Shown: piece by piece, positions 8,352 through 17,203 of the stretch
Layout of the letters: each line of letters begins with the position of its first letter
Position numbering within the stretch: position 1 is the first letter of the stretch
Source of the DNA: a virus
Length of the DNA: 64,000 nucleotides
Strand: one strand, 5' to 3'
IMG/VR virus record: IMGVR_UViG_3300025381_001071
Made by a program: the position numbers and the translations under genes
The notes under the pieces: model-generated
The model's database searches: none
Told to the model about the DNA's origin: nothing
The model's input: only the letters and a program-made list of their open reading frames with translations

Positions 8352-10712
8352 TTAATTCATTAAGGTTAGATCTACTTCCACTGATGTAGGAACTGTGTCT
8401 ACATTTATGGCTGTTAATTCAACATAGTTTGAAAAGTTACTATTAGCTATTTGTACATCTACTATATCTTGAATATCAAAAGAAACTGTACCAGTTGTAG
8501 TAAAGTATAACACATATGAAGATAATGTAGAAATATAAGACGATGTTGTTACCAAATATTTCTTAGTTAAATCACCATTTTTATAGATATAAGGTTGTAA
8601 CAAACTTGATGTGGTATAGGTAACTGTTTGTGTTGATAGTATTTCAATACTAGGGTCTTGAGCAGTAGAAAATACATAAGAATTAACAGTTGTTGAAGAC
8701 CACGATGCGGTACCATTTGAAAATATAACTGTGGTTAATCCTCCAACAGATGTTGTTGCAGTTGTATCAAGTTGAATAGTAGCAATACCATTAGTTACAG
8801 TAAATGTGTTAACGGTAGCTGTATAAGATCCGTTAAACGGTGCAGTTGGTGATTCAAAGGTTATTTTAGTAGTTCCCGGAATAATGTATGTACTTGTACC
8901 ATTTTGCCAATTAAACTGGGTAGAAGTGTTGCCGGCAACCAATCCACTAGAGTTAAGGGTTCCCCATGGATAGAAGAATCCTCCTTGAGCTATAATACCT
9001 TGTTGCGAATAGAATAGATTAGTGGTAAATTTTAAGTAAGGAGAAGTTCCAGCAGTATTTTCTTCAAACTGATATTTGTCTGTTACCGAAGCAAATCCAT
9101 CAGGTATTGTTGTAGAACCTGCTGTGGATATACTCATAACCAACTGTCCTTGCCTAGACATATTGGCGTTATATGCATTATAGTTCATTGTTGCAACTTG
9201 TGAGTTAGCAGTCATTGGTATTCTGAGAACACTGACTATACCAGTATTTCCTGGAATCGTTTTCTTAAATGTAGTTCCACTACGCATTATCGAGTTAGCG
9301 GATATTAAAGGATATTGATATTTTCCAGAAGGTGTTGCAGTCAATGGATTTATTCCCGAACTATTAACTAGTCTATCAAAATAATCATGATGTGACTGGA
9401 ATCCTTTGTCATTAACAGTGATAATATTATTAGTTTGAGTTGTGTCACTTTGGAAGTTATTACCTACATTAACAAACGAGTTAAACGCACTAGAAACATA
9501 AGACTGTACAGCATTAGTGGAAGTACCAATAATCATGGCCTCGGCACTAATATACTCAAACATATTGTTTTCTACATTTCCGTTGATACCCCAAGCATTG
9601 CCTGACGGTGCAGATGTAACAACACCGTTATTCAACCAACTGAATTTATTTCCTGTAATAGAAAACTTATCAATGGTACCTGTACTTATGATACCAGTTG
9701 TTAACCCTTGGAATGTACAGTTATTGATCTTGATATTTTTAAGCACAGAGATTGTGACATCTGTTATAACTGGTTGGCTACTGCGTATTTGAATAGCTGT
9801 AATACTAGATGTAGAAGTAGTACTTAAAGGATTACCAAAATAAACATCGTCAATGGTTACATCTTGAGCATTATCTAAACTTAACAATGTGCCGCCATAG
9901 GGATTTTGATTAGGCGGTTGAATAGTCATGCCTTTTAGTTTAATAGATCTAGGCACAGATGCTGGACTTAAATTCATACCTTGACTGAATGTAGTTCCTG
10001 TGGAGTCTACTGTTTGGAACAATGCGCCATTATAACCAATCATATTAGTAGCGGTCAGCACTGTCATAGCAGAACCTTCGCCTACTAGTGATGTATACGG
10101 TGGAAGAAATACAGGGCTACTTAATGCCCATTGACCTGGTGGTATTTTAATGCTATAAGGTCCCAATGCGGTAGGACCATCGGTTCCAGTAGTTTGAAAA
10201 ACAACACCACCACCAGTTTGTAAAGGACCGCCGGTTATACCTATAGCATTTTGTAGTGCTATGGTAATATCGTTGTTTAATGGAGGCCATATGCCGCCCG
10301 GAGCAAAATCTGTTATACTAACAAAGTTATCCAGTTTAGTATAAACACCATAACTAGATGTAGTTGCCAGTGTTTGGGCCTTGCCGTTATTGGTCGCAAT
10401 CCCGTAGGTTAAGTTATCAGCGCCTAAATTACCTTTAAATCTATAAGAACTTGTATTTAGATTAGTGATTGTTAAATTCTGAGATGCCATTGTCAGAATA
10501 GAATTTAAATCCTTTTCTGTCAGAATACGTGTGTTACTATCATCACTAGCCCCAGTAAAGACACCATCTTCATATTGTCTCTTACCAATGTATAAGTTTT
10601 GTGTATCTACAGCCCAAGCAAACTCACCTGGTGCTAGTTGCGGCACACCATTGTTGGCACCTAATTCGGTGCCGCGTCTAACTTGTATTTTGGCAATTTC
10701 AATAATCGGCAT
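8352..10712 (-). CDS. Tail or baseplate-associated protein with a parallel beta-helix (pectate lyase 3-like) domain
   Basis: N-terminal KIQVRRG...LAPGEFAWAVDTQNLYIG virion-attachment motif; VSITDF...DITIALQNAI...IPPGQW beta-helix entry; N/T-rich repeats. Confidence 0.7.
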   Translation of the reverse strand: MPIIEIAKIQVRRGTELGANNGVPQLAPGEFAWAVDTQNLYIGKRQYEDGVFTGASDDSNTRILTEKDLNSILTMASQNLTITNLNTSSYRFKGNLGADNLTYGIATNNGKAQTLATTSSYGVYTKLDNFVSITDFAPGGIWPPLNNDITIALQNAIGITGGPLQTGGGVVFQTTGTDGPTALGPYSIKIPPGQWALSSPVFLPPYTSLVGEGSAMTVLTATNMIGYNGALFQTVDSTGTTFSQGMNLSPASVPRSIKLKGMTIQPPNQNPYGGTLLSLDNAQDVTIDDVYFGNPLSTTSTSSITAIQIRSSQPVITDVTISVLKNIKINNCTFQGLTTGIISTGTIDKFSITGNKFSWLNNGVVTSAPSGNAWGINGNVENNMFEYISAEAMIIGTSTNAVQSYVSSAFNSFVNVGNNFQSDTTQTNNIITVNDKGFQSHHDYFDRLVNSSGINPLTATPSGKYQYPLISANSIMRSGTTFKKTIPGNTGIVSVLRIPMTANSQVATMNYNAYNANMSRQGQLVMSISTAGSTTIPDGFASVTDKYQFEENTAGTSPYLKFTTNLFYSQQGIIAQGGFFYPWGTLNSSGLVAGNTSTQFNWQNGTSTYIIPGTTKITFESPTAPFNGSYTATVNTFTVTNGIATIQLDTTATTSVGGLTTVIFSNGTASWSSTTVNSYVFSTAQDPSIEILSTQTVTYTTSSLLQPYIYKNGDLTKKYLVTTSSYISTLSSYVLYFTTTGTVSFDIQDIVDVQIANSNFSNYVELTAINVDTVPTSVEVDLTLMN

Positions 10713-10713
10713 C

Positions 10714-10742
10714 TAAATATCCTCTGTATAAGGATATTTATG
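10714..10742 (-). promoter_or_regulatory. Late promoter (CATAAATA) in the 5' arm of a 10 bp hairpin that covers the RBS
   Basis: Minus strand TAAATATCCT-TATACAG-AGGATATTTA-G-ATG; perfect inverted repeat; the SD AGGA is in the 3' arm. Confidence 0.8.
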
Positions 10743-10743
10743 C

Positions 10744-11472
10744 TTACTGTGTGAGCAACTGTCGGTAGCCCTGTAGACCTATGGTGTAGTACTCTTCGAC
10801 TTTCTTTAACCAAGCATCTTGCCATTTATTAAAATCTTCAGGTTTCAATGTAAACTGTTGATATTGAAAATCCCTAGAGCACATAAAGATATGTCCTTCA
10901 CGGATATCTGTTCCATATACTTCGTTGTGTGCTAGAATATAGGCCATGAGTTGTAGGTAATAATCTTCAACCCATTCTTCTTTCTTAGGCTTATTGGTTT
11001 GTTTATAATCGCAAACTGCGGGCTTGCCTTGATATACGCCCACTAGGTCAGTAGTTCCGCTATATAGTCCCGGGAAGTATAGGCTTTGTTCCATGGCCCA
11101 AATTTCGTCCATTTTGCTTAGACCATTTTCAATAATAACATCAGCCATTTTATTGGCTTGTACATGTACAGGGTTATTTCCGGGTTGGCGTTGTTCACCT
11201 ACAATAAAACGTTCCAAGTTGGCATGCATAGCAGTACCAACACCACTGGCTTCTTTGGTAATCTGTGCGGCGTTGGCTTCGCCCACCCGTTTTTTCCATT
11301 CATTCAAATGTGTCATGTCTTTCATGGCACTAAGAATGGTTGTTACACTGGGTAAAGATTCTCCGTCTGGAGTTTGGTAGACACGTTTTTTTGTAACAGG
11401 ATCATTAACCTGCTTACAGTTTTTATATTGGAATCGTTCTACGAATGGAGGGGGAGTAAAAGTTAAAGTCAT
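10744..11472 (-). CDS. PD-(D/E)XK exonuclease (lambda exonuclease/YqaJ/Cas4-like fold)
   Basis: PSVTTIL, GTAMH, YSGTTDLV, VCDYKQT and YYLQLMAY motifs. Confidence 0.85.
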   Translation of the reverse strand: MTLTFTPPPFVERFQYKNCKQVNDPVTKKRVYQTPDGESLPSVTTILSAMKDMTHLNEWKKRVGEANAAQITKEASGVGTAMHANLERFIVGEQRQPGNNPVHVQANKMADVIIENGLSKMDEIWAMEQSLYFPGLYSGTTDLVGVYQGKPAVCDYKQTNKPKKEEWVEDYYLQLMAYILAHNEVYGTDIREGHIFMCSRDFQYQQFTLKPEDFNKWQDAWLKKVEEYYTIGLQGYRQLLTQ

Positions 11473-11479
11473 ATTGTTA

Positions 11480-11508
11480 ATTATAACACATATGACCTAT
11501 TAATACAA
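11480..11508 (-). promoter_or_regulatory. Sigma70-type promoter TTGTAT-17-TATAAT for the exonuclease, 7 nt before the ATG
   Basis: Read directly from the sequence; 17 bp spacing. Confidence 0.7.
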
Positions 11509-11862
11509 TTATTTAAATGCCGTTTTGGCGTTATGAGCAGCCATACTGTCTATACTAGGGCCACCGTTACCTGCTTTTGGGGCAGCAGTATCTTGGGGCT
11601 CAGCATTGGGATCCTGAGTAGTTGTTTTTAAGATAACAGTACCGTCATCTTTGATATCCTGAATAACATCACCTTGCGGATCAATATTATTTTTTAAAGC
11701 AATTAGACCATCGGGAGTAGCAATACCCAAAGCAAATGGACGAATGATATTTAGAACAGCCTTGAATGGGATTTCACTAGTTTGTCCATCCATATTAGCA
11801 AGGCCTTGAAGAACTGCTAGAACTTCTCTAGCAGATCCTTGATCTACTTCAAACAATCTCAT
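11509..11862 (-). CDS. Hypothetical protein (probably virion-associated)
   Basis: 117 aa; overlaps the stop of the upstream gene. Confidence 0.65.
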   Translation of the reverse strand: MRLFEVDQGSAREVLAVLQGLANMDGQTSEIPFKAVLNIIRPFALGIATPDGLIALKNNIDPQGDVIQDIKDDGTVILKTTTQDPNAEPQDTAAPKAGNGGPSIDSMAAHNAKTAFK

Positions 11863-13370
11863 TTTGCTAGTCGAGCAATAATGCTATGTGCTTCTTGTAG
11901 TTTTCGAGCACGACGAACTTCACGGCTTTCGCGCATTTCACGTCCGGCAGTTACATCACCGCCAACGGCTGCATCACTTGCACCAAACTCGTCACCTGCT
12001 GGTTCTGGATTCATATCATCTGGGGCGCTCATATCAACACCTGGTTCCATTCCTGTATCCATTGGATCAGTACCCATTGGTTCTGCAGGAGCAGCGCCGC
12101 CAGCTAGAGCAGCAACAGCATTGCTGATAGCTTCACGTTGTTGTGTCAATGTTTCTAGTGTAGCACTTAGAGCTGGAGCAACTGTTTGTTTAAATGCTTC
12201 GGCTTCTGCTTGACCAAAGTCGGCACGAATACTATCAGCTAGTTCAATGATAGCCTTGGTTTGGTATTGACCAACACGTTGCATCCAACTTGTATAATCG
12301 TTAACAATGTCGCCAGCGGCTGTGATTGTCTTGGCTTTGGCTTCTTCGTCTTCCATTAACAAGAAAGCAAGACTTTCATTTACAAAACGAACATTGTGTT
12401 TATATTGGCTTTCTTCTAACTTACCTTGCTTGGCTAGTTTAGCACGAACAGCACCGGCTACACGTTCACCTGCTGCCTTGCTGCCATAACGCTTGCCTGC
12501 TGACTTAGCAATCTTGGCAAAGTTCTTACCTGGTTTGCCTTCGTCTTTACCTTCAAATGTACCCATGCACTCTTTGCAATCACAGTCCTTAGGATGCTTC
12601 ATGCCTTCCTTCATCTTGTGTACACGGCCTTTGACCGCAGCTTTAGGAGCACCGCCTAACATACCTTGTAGGTGGCTAGTATCTTTTTTACCGCTATCGC
12701 TGGAGTCTTTATCAAACTCTTTTGACTTTTTAGTGTGTACTGTACCAGTAGATGTTTTCTTCTTGTTGAAGCGGCTAGGAGTATCTTGATCAGCATTACG
12801 ATCACCGTCAAAGTTTTCTTTGACATCATATTCTTTACCACCGACTTTGATTTTTTCGCCAGGTTGAACACCATCTTTTTTAGCATCACGAACTGCTTTG
12901 CCAAAGGCATTACCTTCTAATTCTTTTTTATCTTTCTTGATAGTTTCTTTTACTTTAGCACTCTTAGCAGCACTTTTCATTGGCTCTGTTTTGTTGCCAT
13001 CTTTGTCTAGATCTAGGAAGTCTGGTTTAGCACCCTTTGGCTTCTTTGTGGTCTTAACATCTTTTTTGTTTTCGTTAAGTTGGTCGATCTTGTCGCGTAG
13101 TTGTTTCATTTGTTCGCCTAGCATTTCTTTAATCCTTGTGTTTAGCAATTCTAACATTGCTTTGTCTTTTTGGTAAGTCTCATTGGTCAACAAATCATTG
13201 ATCTTTGCTGATCCTTCTTGTTGAAAAATACGGGTACGCAACTTATTACGAAAGTCTTCCAACTGTTCGCGATTGTACTTGTTTAAATTAACCTTGGAAC
13301 CAAACTGCTTTTCTAGATTAGTTTCTAATAAAGTGCTTGTGACAGGTTTGTTAAAATCGGTAGTTTTCAT
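11859..13370 (-). CDS. Charged low-complexity protein, probably an internal head or core protein
   Basis: K/E/D-rich, with KPDFLDLDKDGNKTEPMK and GKNFAKIAK...AGERVAGAV motifs; late promoter upstream. Confidence 0.6.
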   Translation of the reverse strand: MKTTDFNKPVTSTLLETNLEKQFGSKVNLNKYNREQLEDFRNKLRTRIFQQEGSAKINDLLTNETYQKDKAMLELLNTRIKEMLGEQMKQLRDKIDQLNENKKDVKTTKKPKGAKPDFLDLDKDGNKTEPMKSAAKSAKVKETIKKDKKELEGNAFGKAVRDAKKDGVQPGEKIKVGGKEYDVKENFDGDRNADQDTPSRFNKKKTSTGTVHTKKSKEFDKDSSDSGKKDTSHLQGMLGGAPKAAVKGRVHKMKEGMKHPKDCDCKECMGTFEGKDEGKPGKNFAKIAKSAGKRYGSKAAGERVAGAVRAKLAKQGKLEESQYKHNVRFVNESLAFLLMEDEEAKAKTITAAGDIVNDYTSWMQRVGQYQTKAIIELADSIRADFGQAEAEAFKQTVAPALSATLETLTQQREAISNAVAALAGGAAPAEPMGTDPMDTGMEPGVDMSAPDDMNPEPAGDEFGASDAAVGGDVTAGREMRESREVRRARKLQEAHSIIARLAK

Positions 13371-13397
13371 ATTGAGTTCCAGAAAATTGGTTAATGT

Positions 13398-13405
13398 TAT
13401 TTATA
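13398..13405 (-). promoter_or_regulatory. T4-like late promoter TATAAATA
   Basis: GGTATAAATAAC on the minus strand, about 30 nt before the ATG at 13370. Confidence 0.7.
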
Positions 13406-13856
13406 CCAGTTTGATAAGTTTCTCGAAACTATTAATGATGGTCTTTTTATGCTCTTGTTTTTTGTAGTGTGCTATGCTGTGCTTGGATAAAAAAATATCA
13501 AATTTCTCGATACTTTTATTCAACATGGCACGTTTGTATAGTTTCTCTTCAAACTCAGCAAATCCGTAACGTTTATCTTCTTCTAATAACTTAGTATCTT
13601 TGTAATATCCAAGGGCTAGTTTATTAGCAACAATAATGGCAGTTTGTGGCAAGTTAATGCCTGTTACTACTTCTTCGTCACAGAAGTCTAATATTGTATA
13701 CCCATTAGGATCTTTTACAATAGTATATGTTCCCACTGTTATAGAACCGTCATCCTGTTTGACAGGAACTACAAGACCTTTGCGACGAAGATCTTGTTTG
13801 ACTTCTTCGCTGATTTTTTGTATTCGTTTGTAAAGTTCTTCAGGTATTGTTTTCAT
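13401..13856 (-). CDS. Hypothetical protein
   Basis: 151 aa ORF packed in the operon. Confidence 0.65.
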   Translation of the reverse strand: MKTIPEELYKRIQKISEEVKQDLRRKGLVVPVKQDDGSITVGTYTIVKDPNGYTILDFCDEEVVTGINLPQTAIIVANKLALGYYKDTKLLEEDKRYGFAEFEEKLYKRAMLNKSIEKFDIFLSKHSIAHYKKQEHKKTIINSFEKLIKLV

Positions 13857-14049
13857 TGATGTTTTTAACTAAAGTATTGTTATCTTTACTTATAGTATAT
13901 ACACCCTTACGAACAAGACTTTGAGCAAGCCAGTGATCGTGCTCATCAAGACTACTGATTTTAATGCCGTTGTCATGATGTTCAATGAAGTGTTGTTCTT
14001 CATTGGTTACAGGTAAACTTATGCCTGATAGGAGTTGATGGATTTTCAT
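13840..14049 (-). CDS. Small hypothetical protein (possible winged-helix)
   Basis: 69 aa; AQSLVRKGV helix followed by short strands. Confidence 0.6.
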   Translation of the reverse strand: MKIHQLLSGISLPVTNEEQHFIEHHDNGIKISSLDEHDHWLAQSLVRKGVYTISKDNNTLVKNINENNT

Positions 14050-14489
14050 CCCGATACTCCCGGTTGTGGATTTAATGTTTCTGGAGGAGGTTCCTGGCCT
14101 TGTATTTGGCGTAACTTGGCCATTAAGTTACCCATTTGTGTTTGTAAATCTTGAACTGTTGCTGGCTGTTGACCAGGTTGTTGGGTTTCAGCATCTTCGG
14201 CTTCTGGTTGAGTAGACTGTGGTTGAATAGGTTGACTTGTAGCCTGTCCCACTTGTTGCTGAGGTTGTGGAGGAACTGTGGTAGGAGCACTGGGTGCTTT
14301 AGTACTTGGGGCAAAACCAGTAGGTTGAGTTGTCTTTGGAGTATTAGAAGTATTGGGTTTTGGTTCTGTATTAGGAATAGGGCTATCACCACTGGGTTTG
14401 CCGCCGGCTGGTACAGGTCCTACAACATTACCAGGAGTGGTATTGGTAGCCTGAGGTAATGTTTGTTCAACTAATTCTCTGATTTTCAT
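14046..14489 (-). CDS. Pro/Gln/Thr-rich disordered protein
   Basis: MKIRELVE start motif shared with neighbours (MRLFEV, MRIPELLE, MRASEIL); low complexity. Confidence 0.6.
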   Translation of the reverse strand: MKIRELVEQTLPQATNTTPGNVVGPVPAGGKPSGDSPIPNTEPKPNTSNTPKTTQPTGFAPSTKAPSAPTTVPPQPQQQVGQATSQPIQPQSTQPEAEDAETQQPGQQPATVQDLQTQMGNLMAKLRQIQGQEPPPETLNPQPGVSG

Positions 14490-14490
14490 A

Positions 14491-14739
14491 TTAATGCTTT
14501 TGTAATATCATGACAAGAACACCGATAATACCAGTAATGATAGTGCCGGCGGTACCAATGATAACTTTGGCCATGCTGTTGTGGCCGTCTTCGATTAGTT
14601 TTTTAAGATCGCCAAACTTTCCTTCAATAGAAGTTAATCGCTTGTCAAGATTGTCATAACGTTGAGCACATAAGTCTACATGCGCTTCTAAATTTGTTTT
14701 TTCTATATCAATTATTTGACCATTGGCCATTTTATTCAC
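14491..14739 (-). CDS. Small coiled-coil protein with a C-terminal transmembrane helix (holin-like topology)
   Basis: LEAHVDLCAQRY coiled coil followed by a hydrophobic helix IIGTAGTIITGIIGVLVMIL. Confidence 0.5.
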   Translation of the reverse strand: MNKMANGQIIDIEKTNLEAHVDLCAQRYDNLDKRLTSIEGKFGDLKKLIEDGHNSMAKVIIGTAGTIITGIIGVLVMILQKH

Positions 14740-14767
14740 TCCTTCAGTTGGTGTAGTACGGATTGCC

Positions 14768-15193
14768 TTAAGTTGTGCCTAAATGAGCCTTGATGATTGT
14801 GTTTTTAGTAGCAACGTTCTTACAATCGAAAATTGCCTTCGCTATATTTATAGTTTCTGTTAAATTTACAATGATCGGAACACCGTCTATGTCTTCTATT
14901 AGCCCACCTATAGGATCACCGTTGTCTAAATATACAAAAGAACGATCAGGACTAAACACAAAAGACCATACACGGTGTTTTCCTTTATAGCTGCTACCAA
15001 ATCCCAGTCCATCTATTTCACATTCTTCATACTGTGGTTTATTATCGTAGGACACAATACTACGCAACTCCACACATTGTCTTAGTGTAATAAAATTTCT
15101 ATTTTGGTCATACTCCAGCTGACTTCCTTGATTAGGTCGATTGACCTGCGTGTTGGTAATATCAACTAATGTATGTATTTCTATTCTGTCCAT
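14768..15193 (-). CDS. Hypothetical protein
   Basis: 141 aa; TATAAATA at 15211..15218 and GGT SD upstream. Confidence 0.65.
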   Translation of the reverse strand: MDRIEIHTLVDITNTQVNRPNQGSQLEYDQNRNFITLRQCVELRSIVSYDNKPQYEECEIDGLGFGSSYKGKHRVWSFVFSPDRSFVYLDNGDPIGGLIEDIDGVPIIVNLTETINIAKAIFDCKNVATKNTIIKAHLGTT

Positions 15194-15225
15194 AAACTAC
15201 CTATATAATATATTTATAGTCGTAA

Positions 15226-15255
15226 AAAAGGGAGTTAAAAACTCCCTTTATTTTT
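15226..15255. terminator. Rho-independent terminator, potentially bidirectional
   Basis: AAAAAAGGGAGT-TAAAA-ACTCCCTTTATTTT. Confidence 0.75.
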
Positions 15256-15270
15256 AATCTAATGTTTAGA

Positions 15271-15711
15271 TTATAGTGTTGGGCTAGTTGTAGCAACAAC
15301 ACCAGCGAATACTGTTGCTGTAGACAAGTTGAAGCCGTTAACTGTACCTAGTGCTTGAACAGCAGCGGTTAAAGCTGCTGTTACAGTACTAGCAGTAGTG
15401 CCTTCAACAGAACCTAGGCCTAGACCGCTTGGAGCTGTTTGACCAGCTACGCTACTTAGAACGCCTGTGTCTTCAATGGCAAAGTTAACATAGGTTGCTG
15501 TAGTACCGTTATATGTTGGTGTACCGATTAAACCAACAGTAGCAAAGCTGTCCAAAGCTGTACGGAAGATTTGATCTAACGCACCGTTGGCTGTTGTAGC
15601 GTCGCTTGTTGTTAAGTTTCCGCTAACTTGTAGGTTGAAGAAACTTAGTGTTGATGGACGTTGACTTGGTGCAACGACATAACCGTGAACTCTTGAAATA
15701 CCTGCTGACAT
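15271..15711 (-). CDS. Ala/Thr/Gly-rich small protein, probably an abundant virion component
   Basis: Strong RBS AAAGGAGATATATATG, own late promoter at 15771..15778, terminator downstream. Confidence 0.6.
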   Translation of the reverse strand: MSAGISRVHGYVVAPSQRPSTLSFFNLQVSGNLTTSDATTANGALDQIFRTALDSFATVGLIGTPTYNGTTATYVNFAIEDTGVLSSVAGQTAPSGLGLGSVEGTTASTVTAALTAAVQALGTVNGFNLSTATVFAGVVATTSPTL

Positions 15712-15808
15712 AATATATCTCCTTTAATCATTTATGTCCATTCCGCTCCGGAATGTTTTTTATGTAAAGATATTTATGCCTTTTGGAAAAAAATGCTTAT
15801 AATGGGTA

Positions 15809-16108
15809 TTATTCGTCGTCTTTTAGATCACCTTCGATGATCTTAAGACCTCGAGCGGTTTCTTTACTGTCTCGTAGTCGACGAATACTGCGAGTAAACT
15901 TGCTGGCATCGCCGCCTTTGATGCTATTAATAAGTCTACGCTCTAATTCATAGGCTTCTTCGGGATTAAAGTTTTCTTTGATAAGAGTTAATAGATTGAT
16001 AGCACTATTGATAACGTGCGTGGCGCGAGCTTCTACGATAGCTTCGCCATTCTTACGTTCGGATATACTGTTAAGTTCTTCTAATAAACTACGGGTAGCA
16101 CGTTTCAA
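15809..16108 (-). CDS. Conserved hypothetical protein (helical)
   Basis: ORF track start 16192 overlaps the divergent promoter; the TTG at 16108 has an AAGGA SD and TAAATA upstream. Confidence 0.6.
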   Translation of the reverse strand: MKRATRSLLEELNSISERKNGEAIVEARATHVINSAINLLTLIKENFNPEEAYELERRLINSIKGGDASKFTRSIRRLRDSKETARGLKIIEGDLKDDE

Positions 16109-16168
16109 GGCAGTTTCCTTTGTTACTGTAATATTTAGTATAACATACTGTTTGAGCAAAATAAAGAC

Positions 16169-16207
16169 TTGACATTCATGTTGCGGTGCCACATACTTGT
16201 ATAAATA
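16169..16207 (+). promoter_or_regulatory. Composite promoter: TTGACA-17-CATACT with a palindromic operator in the spacer, then late TATAAATA
   Basis: TTGACA 16169..16174; ATGTTGCGGTGCCACAT 16178..16194; TATAAATA 16200..16207. Confidence 0.65.
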
Positions 16208-16262
16208 AATATATCAGTAGAAACACTGATAGACAAAACTCACACAGAAAGGAAAACACAAA

Positions 16263-16430
16263 ATGTTAACATATATTACATTAGTTCTAGCAAAACTAGG
16301 AGAAATGTTTAGCTCGAAACAAACCAGTTTAGAGCGTTTTATTGAAGCTCAAAACCCAACCAATGCTGCTGAAGTAGATCACTACATTCGCCAGTACGAT
16401 CGTATGACTCGTAGTAGGAGTTATCTATGA
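16263..16430 (+). CDS. 55 aa small protein, DUF3563-like (missed by the ORF track)
   Basis: MLTYITLVLAKLGEMFSSKQTSLERFIEAQNPTNAAEVDHYIRQYDRMTRSRSYL; AAGGA SD. Confidence 0.6.
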   Translation: MLTYITLVLAKLGEMFSSKQTSLERFIEAQNPTNAAEVDHYIRQYDRMTRSRSYL

Positions 16431-16534
16431 TCAGCAAAATTTTTAAGAAATCTAGCTGGTTCCTGGTAACTGCCCTAGCAATTTACGCTACACAAATGGC
16501 TCTGGCCATAGAACTGTTTGCCAATGTTAAGTAA
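16427..16534 (+). CDS. 35 aa small membrane peptide (missed by the ORF track)
   Basis: MISKIFKKSSWFLVTALAIYATQMALAIELFANVK; ATGA overlap with the upstream stop. Confidence 0.5.
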   Translation: MISKIFKKSSWFLVTALAIYATQMALAIELFANVK

Positions 16535-16543
16535 GGCTGAACT

Positions 16544-17104
16544 ATGCCGGGCCAAACTATTAGAAGGGTACTACCGAATGAGTACTCTAAATATCGCAAC
16601 CACCTTAAAGCCTTGGATGCAGAATCTAGGACACTTCGGTTTGCTAATCCAGTCTCTGATCTTGTAATCGATCAATTCTGCGACCGTGTAGAAGCGGAAC
16701 CACATCAACATATTCTATTTGCTATAGAAGATAGTGATCTAAATTTTATTGCGGTTGGTCATATTGCCTTAGAAGACAATAACATGGAACTGGCCTTTAG
16801 CGTTCACAAAGAATATCAAAAGCAGGGCATGGGCAGCAAGCTAATGGGACGTTGTATTCAATGGTGCCGAATTCATAATAGATTATCAGGTACCATGGTT
16901 TGTCTAACATATAATTCTGCCATACGCCACCTATGCCGTAAACATGGTATTGCTGTAACTACAGAAGCCGGTGAAGCACTGGCCGACATTAAACTGCCGA
17001 CAGCTAATGTCACAACATACATAGACGAATCATTAGATACGCAACTAGGTGTATTAGATTACTGGAGTAAACGTAGTCTGGTAAAAACTAGTCTACTATT
17101 TTAA
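16544..17104 (+). CDS. GNAT acetyltransferase (Pat/PatZ-like GNAT domain)
   Basis: SRTLRF, ELAFSV...YQKQGMGSKLM acetyl-CoA motif A, N..IRHL. Confidence 0.85.
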   Translation: MPGQTIRRVLPNEYSKYRNHLKALDAESRTLRFANPVSDLVIDQFCDRVEAEPHQHILFAIEDSDLNFIAVGHIALEDNNMELAFSVHKEYQKQGMGSKLMGRCIQWCRIHNRLSGTMVCLTYNSAIRHLCRKHGIAVTTEAGEALADIKLPTANVTTYIDESLDTQLGVLDYWSKRSLVKTSLLF

Positions 17105-17203
17105 CCATTACAGCTTTATTACACAGTATAAGACTGTATAATAAATACATAGGCAGTAAAGTTACTGCTTACACAGACATAACACACATAAAGGAAAAAT
17201 ATC

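Noticed and set aside
10744-11472. Cas4 as part of a CRISPR system
   Set aside because: It lacks the four-Cys Fe-S motif and has no cas neighbours; it is an ordinary phage PD-(D/E)XK exonuclease.
14491-14739. Holin of a lysis cassette
   Set aside because: The topology is compatible, but no endolysin or spanin is adjacent; left as a membrane-anchored hypothetical.
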